Shown: positions 23,600-38,218, counted from the first letter of the stretch. The stretch: 64,000 bases of DNA from Narcine bancroftii (GCF_036971445.1 NC_091476.1:153822001-153886000); one strand, 5' to 3'. Numbers and translations: made by a program. Notes: a model not told the origin generated them from the letters alone.

Positions 23600-26364
23600 T
23601 TATTTAATTCTTTATTAACTAGTCATGATAAACAAGTAGCTGCATCCCCAACATGACAGTATTTTCCTTCTCCTTACACTAAAAGAATCATAAAGTGTTA
23701 CAACACGGAAGCAAAGACCTCTTCTCTGTGCTGATCTTGTTATCTACTTGCACTTATCCTATTTACCTGCATTTATCTCATATCCCTCTACAGTTCCTAT
23801 CCTTGTACTTGTCCAAATGTCTTTTTAAACATTGCAATTGTACCCACCTCTGGCAGCTTGTTCCATGTACTTACCGCCCTCTTGTGTGAAAATGGTGCTT
23901 CTCAGGTCCCTATTAAATCTTTTACCTCCCATCTTAAATCCATGCCCTCTAGTCTTAGACTCCCTTAACCTGGGGAATAAAAGACTATGACTACTTAACT
24001 TTGGCATGTCCCTCATGATTTTATATCCCTCATACACCAATTTCAGCCAACCATTGATGACAAAATGGGCCAATTGACTATTTTAACCCTATCTGGGGCA
24101 TTGCTATAATGCAGCAAGGTCTCACTAACCAACACAGAAGCACAAAATTCACCAGATGACGAAGCTCAGTAATTTTGGTCTCAGATATACCCCAACTGAA
24201 AACATTGGACAACAATTTTTTTTTCAAAAGGTTTTCTTTCTGAAAAAAATTGGGAATTATGATAGGCCACTTCAAGCTGAACACAGATACTTTCAGATTT
24301 GTTGCATCATGTAGGAAGATGGAGAAACATAAAATCAACTTTTATTTAATTTAGCATGTTTATTTGCATGATGATGCAAACACACTGCATTAGCTCAACT
24401 GACCTAAAAATGTTTTGCCGCTGATTTTTGTTTGTCCTCAGCCTTTGATGCTTCTCATGTTAGTGTCCAACAATACTCAGCCAGCATTGATGGATTCCAG
24501 TTGCCCTGATATTGCTTTTCCATTGTCACAATGTCCTGGTGAAATCTTTCACCGTTGCACCAAAATCAGCATTTCTGCTGTATTGAATATTCCTGAAGAC
24601 AATAAAGGCTATTGTTAAGTACACTCACTGTGCTATTGGCTGAAGAACATATGCATCAACATGTGTTCAATCTATAATCAATGTAATACACAGCATTTTT
24701 ATATGTGAGCTGCTTTTATAGTCTGTCTGCATTTATCCTGACTAAGCATGCCCAGGCCTAAGATAACATTTGCATAGTACCTGCACTGAGTGCATGCCCA
24801 GGCACGCTTGGACTAAACAAAACAGTTTGCTCTGTGGGCAATATACTAGTAGACTTTTGACAGGAAATCACAAAAAAAAAGTACATTATAGGAAATGTTT
24901 AAGGCTATTTTCATGATCAGCAGCCAACAATCCATAAAATACACCTAAAAGTCTTCAGGAAGCAAAATCTTCATTGTCCAATGTAAGCAGATAACAGTTA
25001 GAAATGTGAATCGATTAACAATAGACATTTGAAAATAAAATTCTCCTTTGATGAGGAGTGAACGTTTGCTCCATGTTCTTGAGTGTTTATTGAATTGTTT
25101 TGGCAGTTAGTCACTATCTATTTCTGTACAGCTTGCCTGTGGTTGAAAGGCTTCAGGTTGAGTCAGTGCAATTAGGGCACGGTTGTTGCTCGAAACTATG
25201 CACTCATTTGAGTTGTTGTTTTCTTTTATTGCTTTCCTTTGTATCATCTAACAGGCCATTGCAGAACAAAACTTGTTGAACGCTAGGATGGTGTTTAACT
25301 TGGAGAAAGTCGAGCTGTGTCGATGCCATGCATTTTGTTATTCTGGAAAACTGAGGTTTTGGATTTAGGAGGTGCCAAGTTAAGCTTTAATTAAATTTAA
25401 ATTTACTTGTCACGGAATATGTAGTGCAAGGTTCTTCTACAAACTGACTATTAAGATATCTCTAACATTCATACAGGCATACAAAAAGAATAATTACAGG
25501 GTAGAGCATTGCATTGAGGGGAAAGATCAATTAGCACTAAGCAAGGGCAGTGTGTTATGGGATTCATACAGGAGTCAGATGGCTGCAGGATAGAAAATCT
25601 CTTTAAGCCTGTTGGTGTGTGCTTTCACGCTCTTATGCTTTCTCCATGATCAGAGAAGGGAATGTGTGTAGAGTGTGTCAGGCCCTTCAATATGCTGGCT
25701 ACCTTTCCAAACCAGTAGAATATATACATGGAGTCATAGCACTATGTTCTGAACTACAATTACTACCTTCTGTAACTACTTTTGATCATGTGCCAAGATG
25801 TTGCTAGGCCGCATTGTGATACATCCAAGAAGTATGATTTAGATGGTGCTCCTGAAGAAATTTGTATCTACTGATAAAGATAGGGTTAAAATAGTCAATT
25901 GGCCCATTTTGTCATCAATGGTTGGCTGAAATTGGTGTATGAGGGATATAAAATCATGAGGGACATGCCAAAGTTAAATAGTCATAGTCTATTATTCCCC
26001 AGGTTAAGGGAGTCTAAAACTAGAGGGCATGGATTTAAGATGGGAGGTAAAAGATTTAATAGGGACCTGAGGAGCACCATTTTCACACAAGAGGGTGGTA
26101 AGTACGTGGAACGAGCTGCCAGAGGTGGGTAGAATTGCAATGTTTAAAAAGACATTTGGGCAAGTACAAGGATAGGAACTGTAGAGGGATAAATGCAGGT
26201 AAATAGGGTAAGTGCAAGTAGATAACAAGATCAGCACAGAGAAGAGGTCTTTGCTTCCATGTTGTAACACTTTATGATTCCTTTAGTGTAAGGAGAAGGA
26301 AAATACTGCCATGTGGGGGATGCAGCTACTTGTTATCATGACTAGTTAATAAAGAATTAAATAA
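23600..26364. repeat. Inverted duplication 2: arms 23600-24094 and 25878-26364, about 1.8-kb spacer
   Basis: Arms are reverse complements (ORF-track peptides 23825-24073(-) and 25899-26132(+) are nearly identical); arms include a CR1 3' fragment plus flanking sequence on both sides. Confidence 0.95.
24203..24983 (-). mobile_element. Internally deleted CMC/Chapaev-3-like DNA transposon, copy 1
   Basis: Termini cattggacaa / ttgtccaatg; flanks aaa/taa; minus-strand transposase C-terminal remnant ERFHQDI...QGNWNPSMLAEYCWTL. Confidence 0.75.
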
Positions 26365-26615
26365 AATTTGGAACATAAAACTAATTGATTTGAATCCTTT
26401 TATTGATTTTCTTTTTGGTTTTCAATGCTAATTAGACAACTTGTTACCAAGTCCATTGTACAAACTCCTCCTCAAAATATGCTGAGTGCTCATCATTTTC
26501 TTTGATTCCCAACCCATCCTGAACCTTCCTTTGGATTCTGGTGTATGATTATCCCTCCACTCTATGTTCCTAGTTTATAAAATTGCAAGTTTGAAATTTG
26601 TCATGTAGTGTGCTA

Positions 26616-26840
26616 TGTGAAATGCCAGTTGATGAAGTAGACAAAGACGTTGTGGTCAAACAATAATCATGGCTTTTATTAGCGGAAACTCATGGCACAA
26701 TAATGAAAGACAATAGATGCAGATACAGTTATATCCAAGGGGAGTGTCCTTAACAGTAGAGATAATGCACAGCCAATGTTAGTACAGCAAGGCTCACCAG
26801 AGGGGGGGGGAGACAGGCAGCTTGGCAGACATTCACCACA
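26616..26840 (-). mobile_element. Short Gypsy-type solo LTR
   Basis: tgtgaaatg...cattcaccaca termini, AATAAA on minus strand, cta(t) on both flanks. Confidence 0.55.
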
Positions 26841-28186
26841 CTATGCTATACAATTTCCCTGAAAGACTTCTTTCTGGTGGAAACTGGTGAATTACCATGT
26901 GGATTGCTGTTTCCCTCGAGGTTCATTGTGCGTCCAATACAGTGGCCAAAAAAAGGAAGGTGGGGGAAGGGGGGGTGATGTCTACATGCAAAATACAGAA
27001 AATATGCGATTTTTGGGCCAATAGAGGGGGTCGACTTTTACACGGGATCGACTATCATACGATAGTACTATATGGTACTCAGACATGTGGCATGGGATTC
27101 ATTACTATGTAACATCAGCCTGGAGGCCACTCACAAGAATTTTCATCGCCTACACAGCCCACATACTGTATGTGTTGTTAGAGGACTCCGAATCTCTCCA
27201 AGGCCTTTGTCCTTGAATCATCTGCAATGTTATAAACTTTAGCAAATCTTTCTGTTTTGCAATTTCTGGTCTCTTTTTGTGCCCTCAGCTTGGATCTCTC
27301 TCCCGCAACCTCTTTGTCTTTCTATTTGTGTTTTTCTTAAAGATTCTGCTTTAGCTTATCTTAAAGTGAAATGGTCGATCACTTAACCTGATATCTATGG
27401 CTTAGAATCAAATATTGATTGATTATATTTCTGTGAAAATTGATAAGATGTTTTACTATGTTAAAAGTGTGATGCAAATACAAATTGTTGTTAATTAACC
27501 CAGAGAGGCTATAGTTGAAAATTTAGCAGGCATCTTCACTGCTCAGCAGGAGAAAGAATATCTCTATGAGTGACTCATCTTTTTTGAAACTAGCTGTTTT
27601 CATGCCATATGCATTCATTCTCTTAGAATTCAACTTAGGACCCTTATTACTCCATTAATCATTAGTTATCCCTCATTTACTTTGCTACATTTTGAGTGCT
27701 ACTGTATCATTCATTTTTGTTCTTGGATCGCTGATAACGCAACTGCTATCACATCCTCAAGCAAGATCTGACACAGAGTGCAAGTGCTCTTTGATCACTA
27801 TATGTGGTAAGATTCTACAAGTAGCTCACGCTGCTATTTGAAATGTGAATATCGGAAATAGAAGGAGGACGTGACTTCAAGCTTTTGGTGCCAAAGCAAC
27901 AAAGCTAGAGCTGGTTCTGTACCTTGTCCACCATTTGTTCAATCCCCAAATCTGCTGATTTGCAAAATGCCAAGAAGTCTAACAATCTCAGTCAGTGAAT
28001 ATCCAGAATCCACTTGCATGTCCCAAGGAGATCAAGTGGTTCCATTTTCCTTTTGACCTTCAACTTTTTCTCCTTCCCAAATCTTCCCCAATTCTATTTT
28101 TGAATGTTACTGTTTCAATGGTGTGCAGATGGTGCTCCATGTGCGGTAAGGCATCAGCTTCCATCTTTGAGCAGATATCCACACTT

Positions 28187-31100
28187 TTTTTTTTAATTTT
28201 TATTTTTCACACTATGAACCATATCAACCAAAATATGTACAAACATTTCTCATTAAATTTACACAGTGGTCTTTTCTCCCCTTTTTTCCCCCTTGCCCTC
28301 CCTCTCCTCTACCCATCCCCCTCCAAAACCCTTAAATATTCAACATATACAATACAATAAAACCATAAAGCAATATCTTCACACAAAGGAAAATAAACAA
28401 GAAAAATTTGTCATCTATTTATTACACACTGAATCTAGTTATTTTGTCTTCTTATCATTTTCATTCTCATTTTAGGGGATGGAGGTCGTAGGCAAGCTCT
28501 CTCTGATATGTTCCATGTATGGTTCCCAAATTTGTTCAAACATTGTGACTTTATTTTTTAAATTATATGTTATTTTTCCCAATGGAATACATTTATTCAT
28601 TTCCATGTACCATTGCTGTATACTCATGCTCTCTTCCATTATCCAAGTTGACATTATACATTTTTTTGTATTCGCTAAGGCTATCATAATGAATTTTTTT
28701 TGCACTTTATCCAATTTGAGGCCTAATTCTCTACTTCATATGTTACTTAAATCAGATACTAAATGAAATTACAAAAAATAACATACCAAAAAAACCAGAG
28801 ATATTTCTTTGAAATATATAGAATTCTTCCCAACTTGTATGTAATGCTGTTCCCATTTCCTTCTTACAGTGAAAAATATCTATCTGATAATGTTGAATCC
28901 CATTTTTTAATTTTTGAAGAGTAATATATACCCTGTGTAACCAATTATACTGTATCATGCGTAACCTTGTGTTTATTGTATTTTTCATAGTTCCAGAACA
29001 TAACTTTTCCCATACTTCATTTTTTACCTTTATGTTTAGATCCTTTTCCCACTTCTGCTTAGGTTTATAGTTTATTTCATTTTCCTTATATTGCAGCTTA
29101 ATGTACATGTTGGTTATAAATCTTTTAATTATCATTGTGTCTGCAATCACATATTCAAAGCTGCTTCCTTCAGGTAATCTCAAGCTGTTTCCCAATTTAT
29201 CCTTTAAATATGCTTTCAATTGATGATATGCAAACATTGTGCCATGAGTTATTCCATATTTGTACTTCAACTGTTCAAATGTTAATAAATTATTTCCAAA
29301 AAAACAATTTTCTATTCTTTTGATTCCTTTTCTCTCCCATTCTCTAAAGGAAAGGTTGTCTATTGTAAAAGGGATTAGCAGATTTTGCATCAATAGTAAT
29401 TTTGGTATTTGATAATTTGATTTTTTTCCTTTATAAGTGGATCTTCTTTCATGTATTAAGTAAATGATGCAGTACTGGTGAGCTTTTATATTACACCAGC
29501 TTTTCATCTCACCTATAAAGTATACGTTCTGGTATCTTTTCCCCTATTTTATATAGTTCTATCTTAGTCCAATCTGGTTTTTCCCTTGTCTAGTAAAAAT
29601 CTGATAAATACCTTAATTGTGGAGCTCTATAATAATTTCTAAAATTTGGTAACTGCAAACCACCTCTCTGCTAATTTATCTAATGCTACCCTTGGATTCC
29701 TCCCTTTCCACAAGAATTTCCTTATTATTCTCTTTTGTTCATTAAAGAATTTCTCTGTTAAGGGAATTGGTAATGATTGAAATAAGTATTGTATCCTTGG
29801 GAAGAGATTCATTTTAATGCAATTTACCCTCCCTATCAACGTTAGTGTGTAATTCTTTCCAATGTTCTAAGTCTTCCTGCAATTTCTTTATTAGTAACTG
29901 ATAATTTAATTTGCACAGGTGGCTTAAATTATTATCCAATCTAATACCTAGGTATCGGATTGCTTGTGTTTGCCATTTAAATGGAGATTCTTTTTTTAAA
30001 TTCTGTATAATCCGCATTACTCATTGGCATCACTTCACTTTTATTTGCGTTGATCTTGTACCCCAAAATTTCTCCATATTCCTTCAATTTCTTATGTAAT
30101 TCTTTTACTAATACCTCTGGTTCTGTTAGGTATACTATGATGTCATCTGCAAATAAGCTGATTTTATACTCCTTCCCCTTTATTTTTATCCCTTTTATTT
30201 TATTTTCTGTTCTTATCAGTTCTGCCAAAGGTTCTATTGCTAAGGCAAACAATGAAGGGGATAGTGGACATCCCTGTCTAGTTGACCTACTTAATTTAAA
30301 GTGACTCAATACATATCCATTTACTCCTACCTTCACCAAAGGTCCATTATATAATGCTTTAATCCAATTTATGTATTTTTCTGGTAGATTGAACTTCTGT
30401 AATACTTTAAATAAGTAATTCCACTCTAGTCTGTCAAAGACTTTTTCTGCGTCTAGAGGAACAGCCACTGTTGGTTTCTTATTTCCTTGAACTGCGTGGA
30501 TTAGATTAATAAGTTTACAGACATTATCCGCTGTTCGTCTTTTCTTAATACATCCAGTTTGATCTTGTTTTACTATTTTTGGTACACAGTCGGCCAATCT
30601 GTTTGCTAATAATTTCGCTATTATCTTATAGTCTGAGTTAAGTAGAGATATTAGTCTATATGATGCTGGTGTTAATGGATCCTTCCCCGTCTTTGTTATT
30701 ACTGTAATTATTGCTGTCTTACATGAATCTGGCAAGTTTTGTGTTTCTTCTATCTGGTTCATTACTTCCAGGAGAGGAGGAATTAATAATTCTTTAAATG
30801 TTTCATAAAATTCTATGGAAATCCAATGTGTTTTATTGTTCGGCAGCTTTTTTAATATATCCTGTGCTTCCTCTATTTCAAATGGTTTTTTTAGTTTGTT
30901 TTGTTCCTCATCTTGCAATTTCAGCAGTTCAATTTTAGCTAAAAATTCCTTTATTTTATCATCTTTCCCTCATTTTCAGTTTGGTATAATTGTTCATAAA
31001 ATTCCTTAAAATTTTCATTAATCTCTGTTGGGTTATATGTAATTTGTTTGTCCTTTTTCCTTGATGCCAGTATCATTCTTTTAGCTTGTTCTGTTTTAAG

Positions 31101-32164
31101 TTGACAGGCTAATATTTTATGTGTTTTTTTTTTCTACCAGTTCGTAATACTTTTGCTTTGTTTTCATTATGTTCTTCCCCACCTTGTACATTTGTAGTGT
31201 TTCGTATTTAATTTTTTTTGTCCGCCAATTCTCTCCTTTTCATTATATCATTCATTTTTACTAATTACTTTTCTGTACTTACTATCTCCCTTTCCAACTG
31301 CTCTATTTCCCGATTGTAATCCTTTTTCATCTTAGTCACATAACATTATCTGCCCTCTAATGAAGGGTTTCATTGGGTCCCATAATATAAATTTGTCTTT
31401 CACTGATTCTGTGTTTATTTCAAAATATGTTTTAATTTGGCGTTCAATAAACTCCCTAAATTCCTGTCTTTTAAGTAGCATGGAGTTTAACTTTAACCTC
31501 CATCGATATGTTCTTGGTGGATGTCCTCCAGTTCTATTGCTAATAACAGGGGTGAATGATCTAATAGTAGTCTAGCTTTATACTCAGTTTTCCTGACTCT
31601 TCCTTGAATATGGGCCGACAACAAAAACATATCAATCCTTGAGTAAGTTTTGTGCCTACTTGAATAATATGAAAATTCCTTCTCTCTTGGGTGTTGCTTC
31701 CTCCATATATCCATAAATTTCATTTTCTTAATTGATTTAACCATAAATTTGGCTACTTTATTCTTTTTACTTGTCTTTTGTCCAGTTTTATCCAACATTG
31801 TGTCCAAATTAAGGTTAAAATCCCCTTCTATCAATATATTTCCTTGTGTGTCTGCACTCTTCAAAAAAATATCCTGCATAAATTTTTGATCCTTCTCGTT
31901 AGGCGCATATATATGGAGCAAATTCCAAAATTCTGAGTATATCTGACACTTTATCATTGCATACCTCCCTGCCGGATCTATTATTTCCTCCTCTATTTTG
32001 ATTGGTACATTTTTGTTAACTAGTATGGCTACACCTCTAGCTTTTGAATTATAGGATGCTGCTGTTATGTGTCCTACCCAGTCTCTCTTTAGTTTGTTAT
32101 GTTCACCTTCAGTTAGATGCGTTTCCTGCACAAATGCTATATCTATTTTTTTCTTCTTCAATAA
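28187..32164 (-). mobile_element. 5'-truncated L1 carrying nearly all of ORF2 (APE endonuclease and RT), disrupted
   Basis: IAFVQETH, IYAPN, GDFN, SRIDMF, DHSP (EN); DAEKVFD, RQGCPLSP, LFADD (RT); many frameshifts; poly(A); 15-bp TSD caga(t/g)atccacactt at 28172-28186 and 32165-32179. Confidence 0.95.
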
Positions 32165-32298
32165 CAGAGATCCACACTTGAAGAGAGCAGGTCAAAGTCT
32201 CCTTGGGCTATCGAGGCTGCCAATAAATGAATTAAATGGTTAAGGAACATCATCACAAAACACTTTCTAAACCAACTTAATTGTCATCTGATGGTTTA

Positions 32299-33524
32299 CT
32301 GTATATTTCAACGTATAAGTCGACCTTCAGATAAGTTGGATTCCCATTTTCAGTTTCAATTTCATGGTTTTATCATATATTGGGTATACAAGTCTATCCC
32401 CCCCAAAAAAAAATTGCTTTGACTGAGCTTTTGAGTGTTGTGGGAAAGTAATTGTTATCATGGAGCCTCCATCAAAATGATGAAAGTATGAAGGTTGGGT
32501 TCTTTTTTGGTGTTTCAAGGGTTGTCTTATATGCCAAATCTATGTTGAGCATTTTTTTTATTAGTTGGATTTTAGATACATTTCTGTATCTGGTGTATAA
32601 GTTGACCCCTGACTTTCGAGTGCTTTTTGAAGATTTCAAGACTTTTTTAAAAGTTTATTTATTTAAAAGATCATTAAGAAAAAACAGTATACAATCGAAT
32701 AAGAACAATTTTGTATAAGTATATATATAAAAGAAAACACACAAAAAAACCACAACATAAAAAACCACAACAAAAATAACCAAACAAACCACCCCCCACC
32801 CACTCTCCCACCCCATCAGCCAGCTCTCTTAAGGAGAGCCAAAAATATAAACAAAAAAAACTAAAAGTATTTAATAAATCAAAGTATATCCAAATGCATA
32901 TATTCCAAATAAGGTAGCCACTTATTAACAAAAAAAGAATAATTCTCATGCAGATTATATGTATTTTTTTCCATAACAATACAAGCTTTCAGTTCATTAT
33001 CCCAACACATTATACTAATCGCTATATTATCTTTCCATGTACTAGCTACACATTTTTGGGACACAGACACTAATCATATAAATGCAATTTGAAACTTATC
33101 CAACCCTAATCCCCTTAAAGGAATTCATATAGCCCATTAGAAAAATAGATGGGTCTAATGGTAACTTTATATTGTATAATTTTTCCAAAACTAACCTAAT
33201 TTCTTTCCAAAATGATTGTACTTTAACACAAGACCAAACAGCACGTAAAAAAGTTCCAGTACGTAAACCACAACTAAAACAAGAATCCGAATTACTAAAA
33301 CCATATTTTTTCTATTTTTTCGGAGTTAAATCTAACTGATGTAAAAAAAATCATAATTAACCATTCCATATCGTGCATTCGTCAATTTAGTTACACCATC
33401 GTAACACAGATCCGCCCAATTATCTTCCGGAAAAATAAAGGTTAAATCATTTTCCCATTTAAGCTTAGACTTCTCCCATTCCAGTTAAGATTTCAAGACT
33501 TGACTTGTACACCAAAATATACGG
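32299..33524. mobile_element. pogo/Tigger-like MITE (TA TSD) interrupted by an L1 fragment
   Basis: ta|ctgtatatttcaacgtataagtc ... gacttgtacaccaaaatatacgg|ta imperfect TIRs. Confidence 0.75.
32645..33486 (-). mobile_element. 5'-truncated L1 3' end (second subfamily)
   Basis: Minus peptide KCVASTWKD...NKWLPYLEY; AATAAA plus A tail; perfect 15-bp TSD aagatttcaagactt at 32630-32644 and 33487-33501. Confidence 0.88.
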
Positions 33525-35612
33525 TAATTGAACATTACAGTGGAATGTGACCCAGTGGAGTTTGAGTCACACCATAGGGATGGAGGAATGTGACTGGTTT
33601 TGCTTGTTGAATTGGACCACAGGAAGTGCTATTATCTAACTTCCCTCAAGAGATTAACTGGGTGGGGAAGAAACTACATTTTTAATTCTCTGTATCATTC
33701 TTACCATTGTAATCAACAAAATTGATAACACATTTTTCAATTGTCCACTCAATAAGAAAAAAAATCAGTTCTAAGGACATCAAAAGCATCTCACACTTAA
33801 CAAAGTACTTTTGATTTGTTGATATTAGAGCAAATATAACCATCTGAAAACAGCAAATTCCCAGAATTTCAATTGTCAAAGTAGCTTGCATTCATAACAC
33901 ACTTTCTTGTTCATACTTGTGAAATTAAGCTATTCATTTAGAGATTGCAAAGGCCAATATGCACATCAAGATTCTACACACAGTAAGTGCATTACCAGAT
34001 AATCTGCAGTTGAGGGATAAATGTGACCACAATATGTAGAAGAAATTCCTTTCACTATCAGAATGAAATGGTTTACACTTTCCTAAGATATTTAGAATCA
34101 CCACCGAACATCACCATTTCCAACAGAGCAAGACTTTCTTAGTACACTTCTGCACTGCAGGTGCTTCAGGAAACTACACTCGGCCTTCTAGATTTCCATT
34201 TTAACAGCTGGGAAATTTATCAGCTGTCTTCCAATTGCTGGGACGATTTTCTATGGAAATGGCATTCCTAACAATCTCCCAATAGACCAACAATCAGTTT
34301 GAATTACCAGACTGGATAGATAGCACGGGGACTTTGACCAAAGGTCACAGTGACACAGTGGTGTCTATTGAGTTGATTGGGGTTGAAGCAGAAGTGGTCA
34401 GGATTTCCCAAATAGTCTCCTTATGGAGAGCGAACAGCATAAAGTGGGCCTTTCTTTCAGAAGATAGTGACCTTCAGAGATCCTTGGAATTGTACATTAA
34501 GAAACATCTGTTTGTCAATGCTCCCCAGCGTCTTAGCATTCATTGAGTATATCCTTATCTTATTAGTCCTCCTAAGATACATCACTTCATCTTTAGCCAT
34601 TACTCTGCGAATTTTATCAACTACTCAGTATAATTCTATATCTCATACTAGGTAATCATTAATGCTACCATCTAATCACACCTTGACCCTGACCTTTCAT
34701 TATATTGCTTGTCCATGATTCCCACTTATTCCATGTAGCCTTGCCTCAAACACCTATCCTGGTCTTCTTTAGCCAGGTCCTATTTTATGATCTTGAAATC
34801 AGCTTTTCCCTAATTCAGATTCCTAATTTCTTTATCCTTTTCCTTAACTATTTTGAAAGTTGAGGTCATATCACGATCACTGTCCCTAACATAGGCATAT
34901 CACCCGGGTTGGGGGGGAATTTAGAAAAAAAACGGGGAAAATTTGGGCAAAGCCAGGGAGACCTGAATCTCACCTTCTCTCTTTCCCTCCTCTACACAGC
35001 CACAGGCAATGATCCACTCTTCATTCCCCAAGTCCTCGGTCCCCAACCCAACTGGAAGAAAATCTGAAATAGGATGTTACCTGATGTAGATTTTTCTGGT
35101 CTGGATACCTACTGACTAAGAACTTGCTCCAGGGAGTGGCATGGATGAGGGCATGGATGAGGGTGGCTGGGCAGAGAGGGAGGAGAGGGGCAAGGATCTG
35201 CACAGGGTTTGTCTGTAACACCTTGCAGCCAGCTCTGGATCGTTGAGCGTGGAGCAGTTGGCGGCAATCAACCACAACAAAGGGTAAAGCTCAGTGCCAC
35301 AAAGGTAGGTGGATGGAATGGAATTTAACTGTAAATGTGACCACATGAACTACTAAACCAGCAAATGGCACTGGTTTTGTATTTGCGACATTCCAAGGCT
35401 TTGAGTGTTGTCAGTTTCAGGGTTCCCAAGCAATGCGAATTGGAGCAAAGGGTCTTCTAATTGAGGATTTAGACTACCAGAGAATGTGCTTGGGCCACTC
35501 CCACCCCCAGTGGGTGGCTGGGCAGAAGTACTGAATCCAAATCTGTAGATTTTTTTCAAGATGGGTAAGTCCCTAATTTTCAATTGCTTTGCAAATGGTT
35601 ATATGGTTATTG

Positions 35613-35855
35613 TCTTCTTTCTTTGGCTTGGCTTCGCGGACGAAGATTTATGGAGGGGGTAAATGTTATTGTAGTGTGCATCGAAAGAACCAAAGACTTG
35701 CTGATCCAAACCAAGGCTTTTATTAACTAAAAGACTGGAGCATATCCGAAGTAGGTTGACCAGTCCAGAATGACCTGGTCTGGCTAGGAGGAATCCGTTA
35801 AGACCTGCCAGTAGGTGTGGCTACACTCTCAGCCAATCAGTCATTCTACACTACC
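35613..35855 (-). mobile_element. Very short RTE 3' tip (about 35613-35662) abutting a small solo LTR (about 35670-35855)
   Basis: ttctttggcttggcttcgcggacgaagatttatggaggggg with gttattgt on both sides; then tgtagtgtg...tacactacca with minus-strand AATAAA. Confidence 0.65.
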
Positions 35856-36214
35856 ATCTGTTCATTGGCACTCTTTGATCCCACTTCCAGGAATGTGTGC
35901 TCTTACTTGTTCGAATGTATGTTGTACCTGTCCATACATCTTGGGGGAACTTGCTACTAATAATATATCCATGATTTAGCTTTGCTGCTAGAATTTTTTC
36001 TTTTTGAAGGAAGCCAGATGCAACTTTCTCCTTGCCAAGACCAGTGAAAGGACAAAAAGCTGCTGACATTGCTATCTGATTGAGTGGGTACATTTTCAGT
36101 GCGGGATGCGGGGGGGCGGGGCGACTGAGCAAAAACCCTATTGCTGACTGATGCCCCAGAAGAAAATAATGTCCAGGCTTCACAGGTTATAGACTTCAGA
36201 GATTTAATACCTGC

Positions 36215-36750
36215 AGCACGGTCGGCGTAGCAGTTAGCACAAAGCTGTTATAGCACCAGTGATTGGGAGTGGGGTTCAAATCCCACACTGTCCATAAGGA
36301 GTTTGCTCATTCTCTCCAAGTCTTCATGGGTTTTCCCTGGGGGCTCTAGTTTCTTCCACTGTTCAAAACATACCAGGGGATTGTAGGTCAATTGGGTTAA
36401 TTAGGCGGCAAGATAAGAACACAGTGCAAGGTTAACCTACACAAGGTAGCGGGAACAGACAGTATACTTGGTCAGGGACTGAAGGACTAAACAGTCGAAC
36501 TGACAGGTATCTTCAACAGATATCTTCAACATGTCACTACAGCAGTCCATCATCCCCAAGGGTTTCAAGACAGCCACCAACAACTCGATACCAAAGAGGG
36601 AGTCAGTAAAAGGCCTCAATGTCTACAGCCTCATGACACTGACCTCCATCATTATCAAATGCTTCAAGCATCTGGTGATGGAACGCATCAACACACACTT
36701 CACAGAAGAACTGGATTTATTTGTGTTTGCATATTTTCACACCATTGACT
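36215..36750 (+). mobile_element. V-SINE (about 36215-36410) followed by a Rex1/Babar RT fragment (about 36420-36750)
   Basis: SINE text as at 379; peptide IFNMSLQQSIIPKGFKTAT...LTSIIIKCFKHLV. Confidence 0.75.
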
Positions 36751-36976
36751 AAAGAAAGGCTGTTACATTCAGTCGAACTTACACAACTGAATGATAATAA
36801 TAGATTTGAGCTTGAACTTAACAGGCCAAAAACAAACATGTTGAGGAGTGGTGGTGGGGTGGGATTTATAGGAGAGCAAGGGGAGAAAGAAAATAAGAGT
36901 GAGAGATAGAATCTGGATGCGAGAAAGGGGAAGCAGGAAAGGGCCACAATGGGGTTAGAGAGAGTCAGAAATAGTA

Positions 36977-37004
36977 TGAGAGAGAGAGAGAGAGAGAGAG
37001 AGAG
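36977..37004. repeat. (GA)n microsatellite
   Basis: Direct reading. Confidence 0.9.
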
Positions 37005-37731
37005 CAAAAGGGACAGTGAATCAAAACAGGACAGAAAGAGAGAGCGGAACAGCAAGACAATGGCAGAGGGAAAAAGAGCTGTAAAATTCCAGGTATCTGG
37101 CACCTATGATGCCGGATAAGTGGATTTTGCGGTTGCTTGAGACTTACTCCTGTGAGAAACAGAAGTACCTTCACAGATTTCACTCAAGACAAAAATTGAG
37201 AACAAAGAACATTTATTATACAACAGTGCAAAGTTGGGTGCTTCCCCTTACCCTGGGAATACACACACATACTGGGGCTCAGCCAACTTTTATACAGTTC
37301 ATTTCAGTGTAGAGATACCCACCCCCCCCCCCCCCTTAACATTCTTCTGCCTCCTGGATTGGTTTGGCATTTCGTAATTCTGTCTGCCTACGTGCAGTTT
37401 CTGTAAACTTGGAAGACCATGGGATATCCTGTCTGGGTCCCATCATGTCATTGTCCTTATTCACGATTCTGCCTTTGTCCTTATTCACACATCTCAACCC
37501 CCAGGACTTACTAATTCTATATGCAGAACCTGCTAATTCTTTCTATCACTATAAGACCTTTCTTCTATTGTACTTGCGTAACCCTTCCTCACACTCTTAT
37601 CGGAATTCATCCCTATTCAGCACTTACTTAACTTCCTCTAGTCTAGTCTATTTTATTCTTTATTTTATTCATACTAACTTTACTTCCTATAATCTATTAT
37701 CTCTCACACTCTTCCAATGTCAAACTAACAT

Positions 37732-38218
37732 TCTTCTTTCTTCTTTCTTTTCTTCTTTGGCTTGGCTTCGCGGACGAAGATTTATGGAGGGGGTAAAAAG
37801 TCCACGTCAGCTGCAGGCTCGTTTGTGGCTGACCAGTCCGATGCGGGACAGGCAGACACGATTGCAGCGGTTGCAAGGGAAAATTGGTTGGTTGGGGTTG
37901 GGTGTTGGGTTTTTCCTCCTTTGCCTTTTGTCAGTGAGGTGGGCTCTGCGGTCTTCTTCAAAGGAGGCTGCTGCCCGCCAAACTGTGAGGCGCCAAGATG
38001 CACGGTTTGAGGCGTTATCAGCCCACTGGCGGTGGTCAATGTGGCAGGCACCAAGAGATTTCTTTAGGCAGTCCTTGTACCTTTTCTTTGGTGCACCTCT
38101 GTCACGGTGGCCAGTGGAGAGCTCGCCATATAATACGATCTTGGGAAGGCGATGGTCCTCCATTCTGGAGACGTGACCCATCCAGCGCAGCTGGATCTTC
38201 AGCAGCGTGGACTCGATG
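37732..38218 (-). mobile_element. 5'-truncated RTE LINE
   Basis: ORF 37807-38181 RTE C-terminus; (gaa/gaaa) tail; TSD ctaacat at 37725-37731 and 38219-38225. Confidence 0.9.

Noticed and set aside
21737-26364. Inverted repeats as assembly artefacts or as TIRs of one large transposon
   Set aside because: The arms differ by substitutions and indels, are patchworks of older unrelated repeats, and have no flanking TSD or transposase.
37364-38176. 270-aa plus-strand ORF
   Set aside because: T/C-rich LTR-like sequence fused to the antisense strand of an RTE copy.
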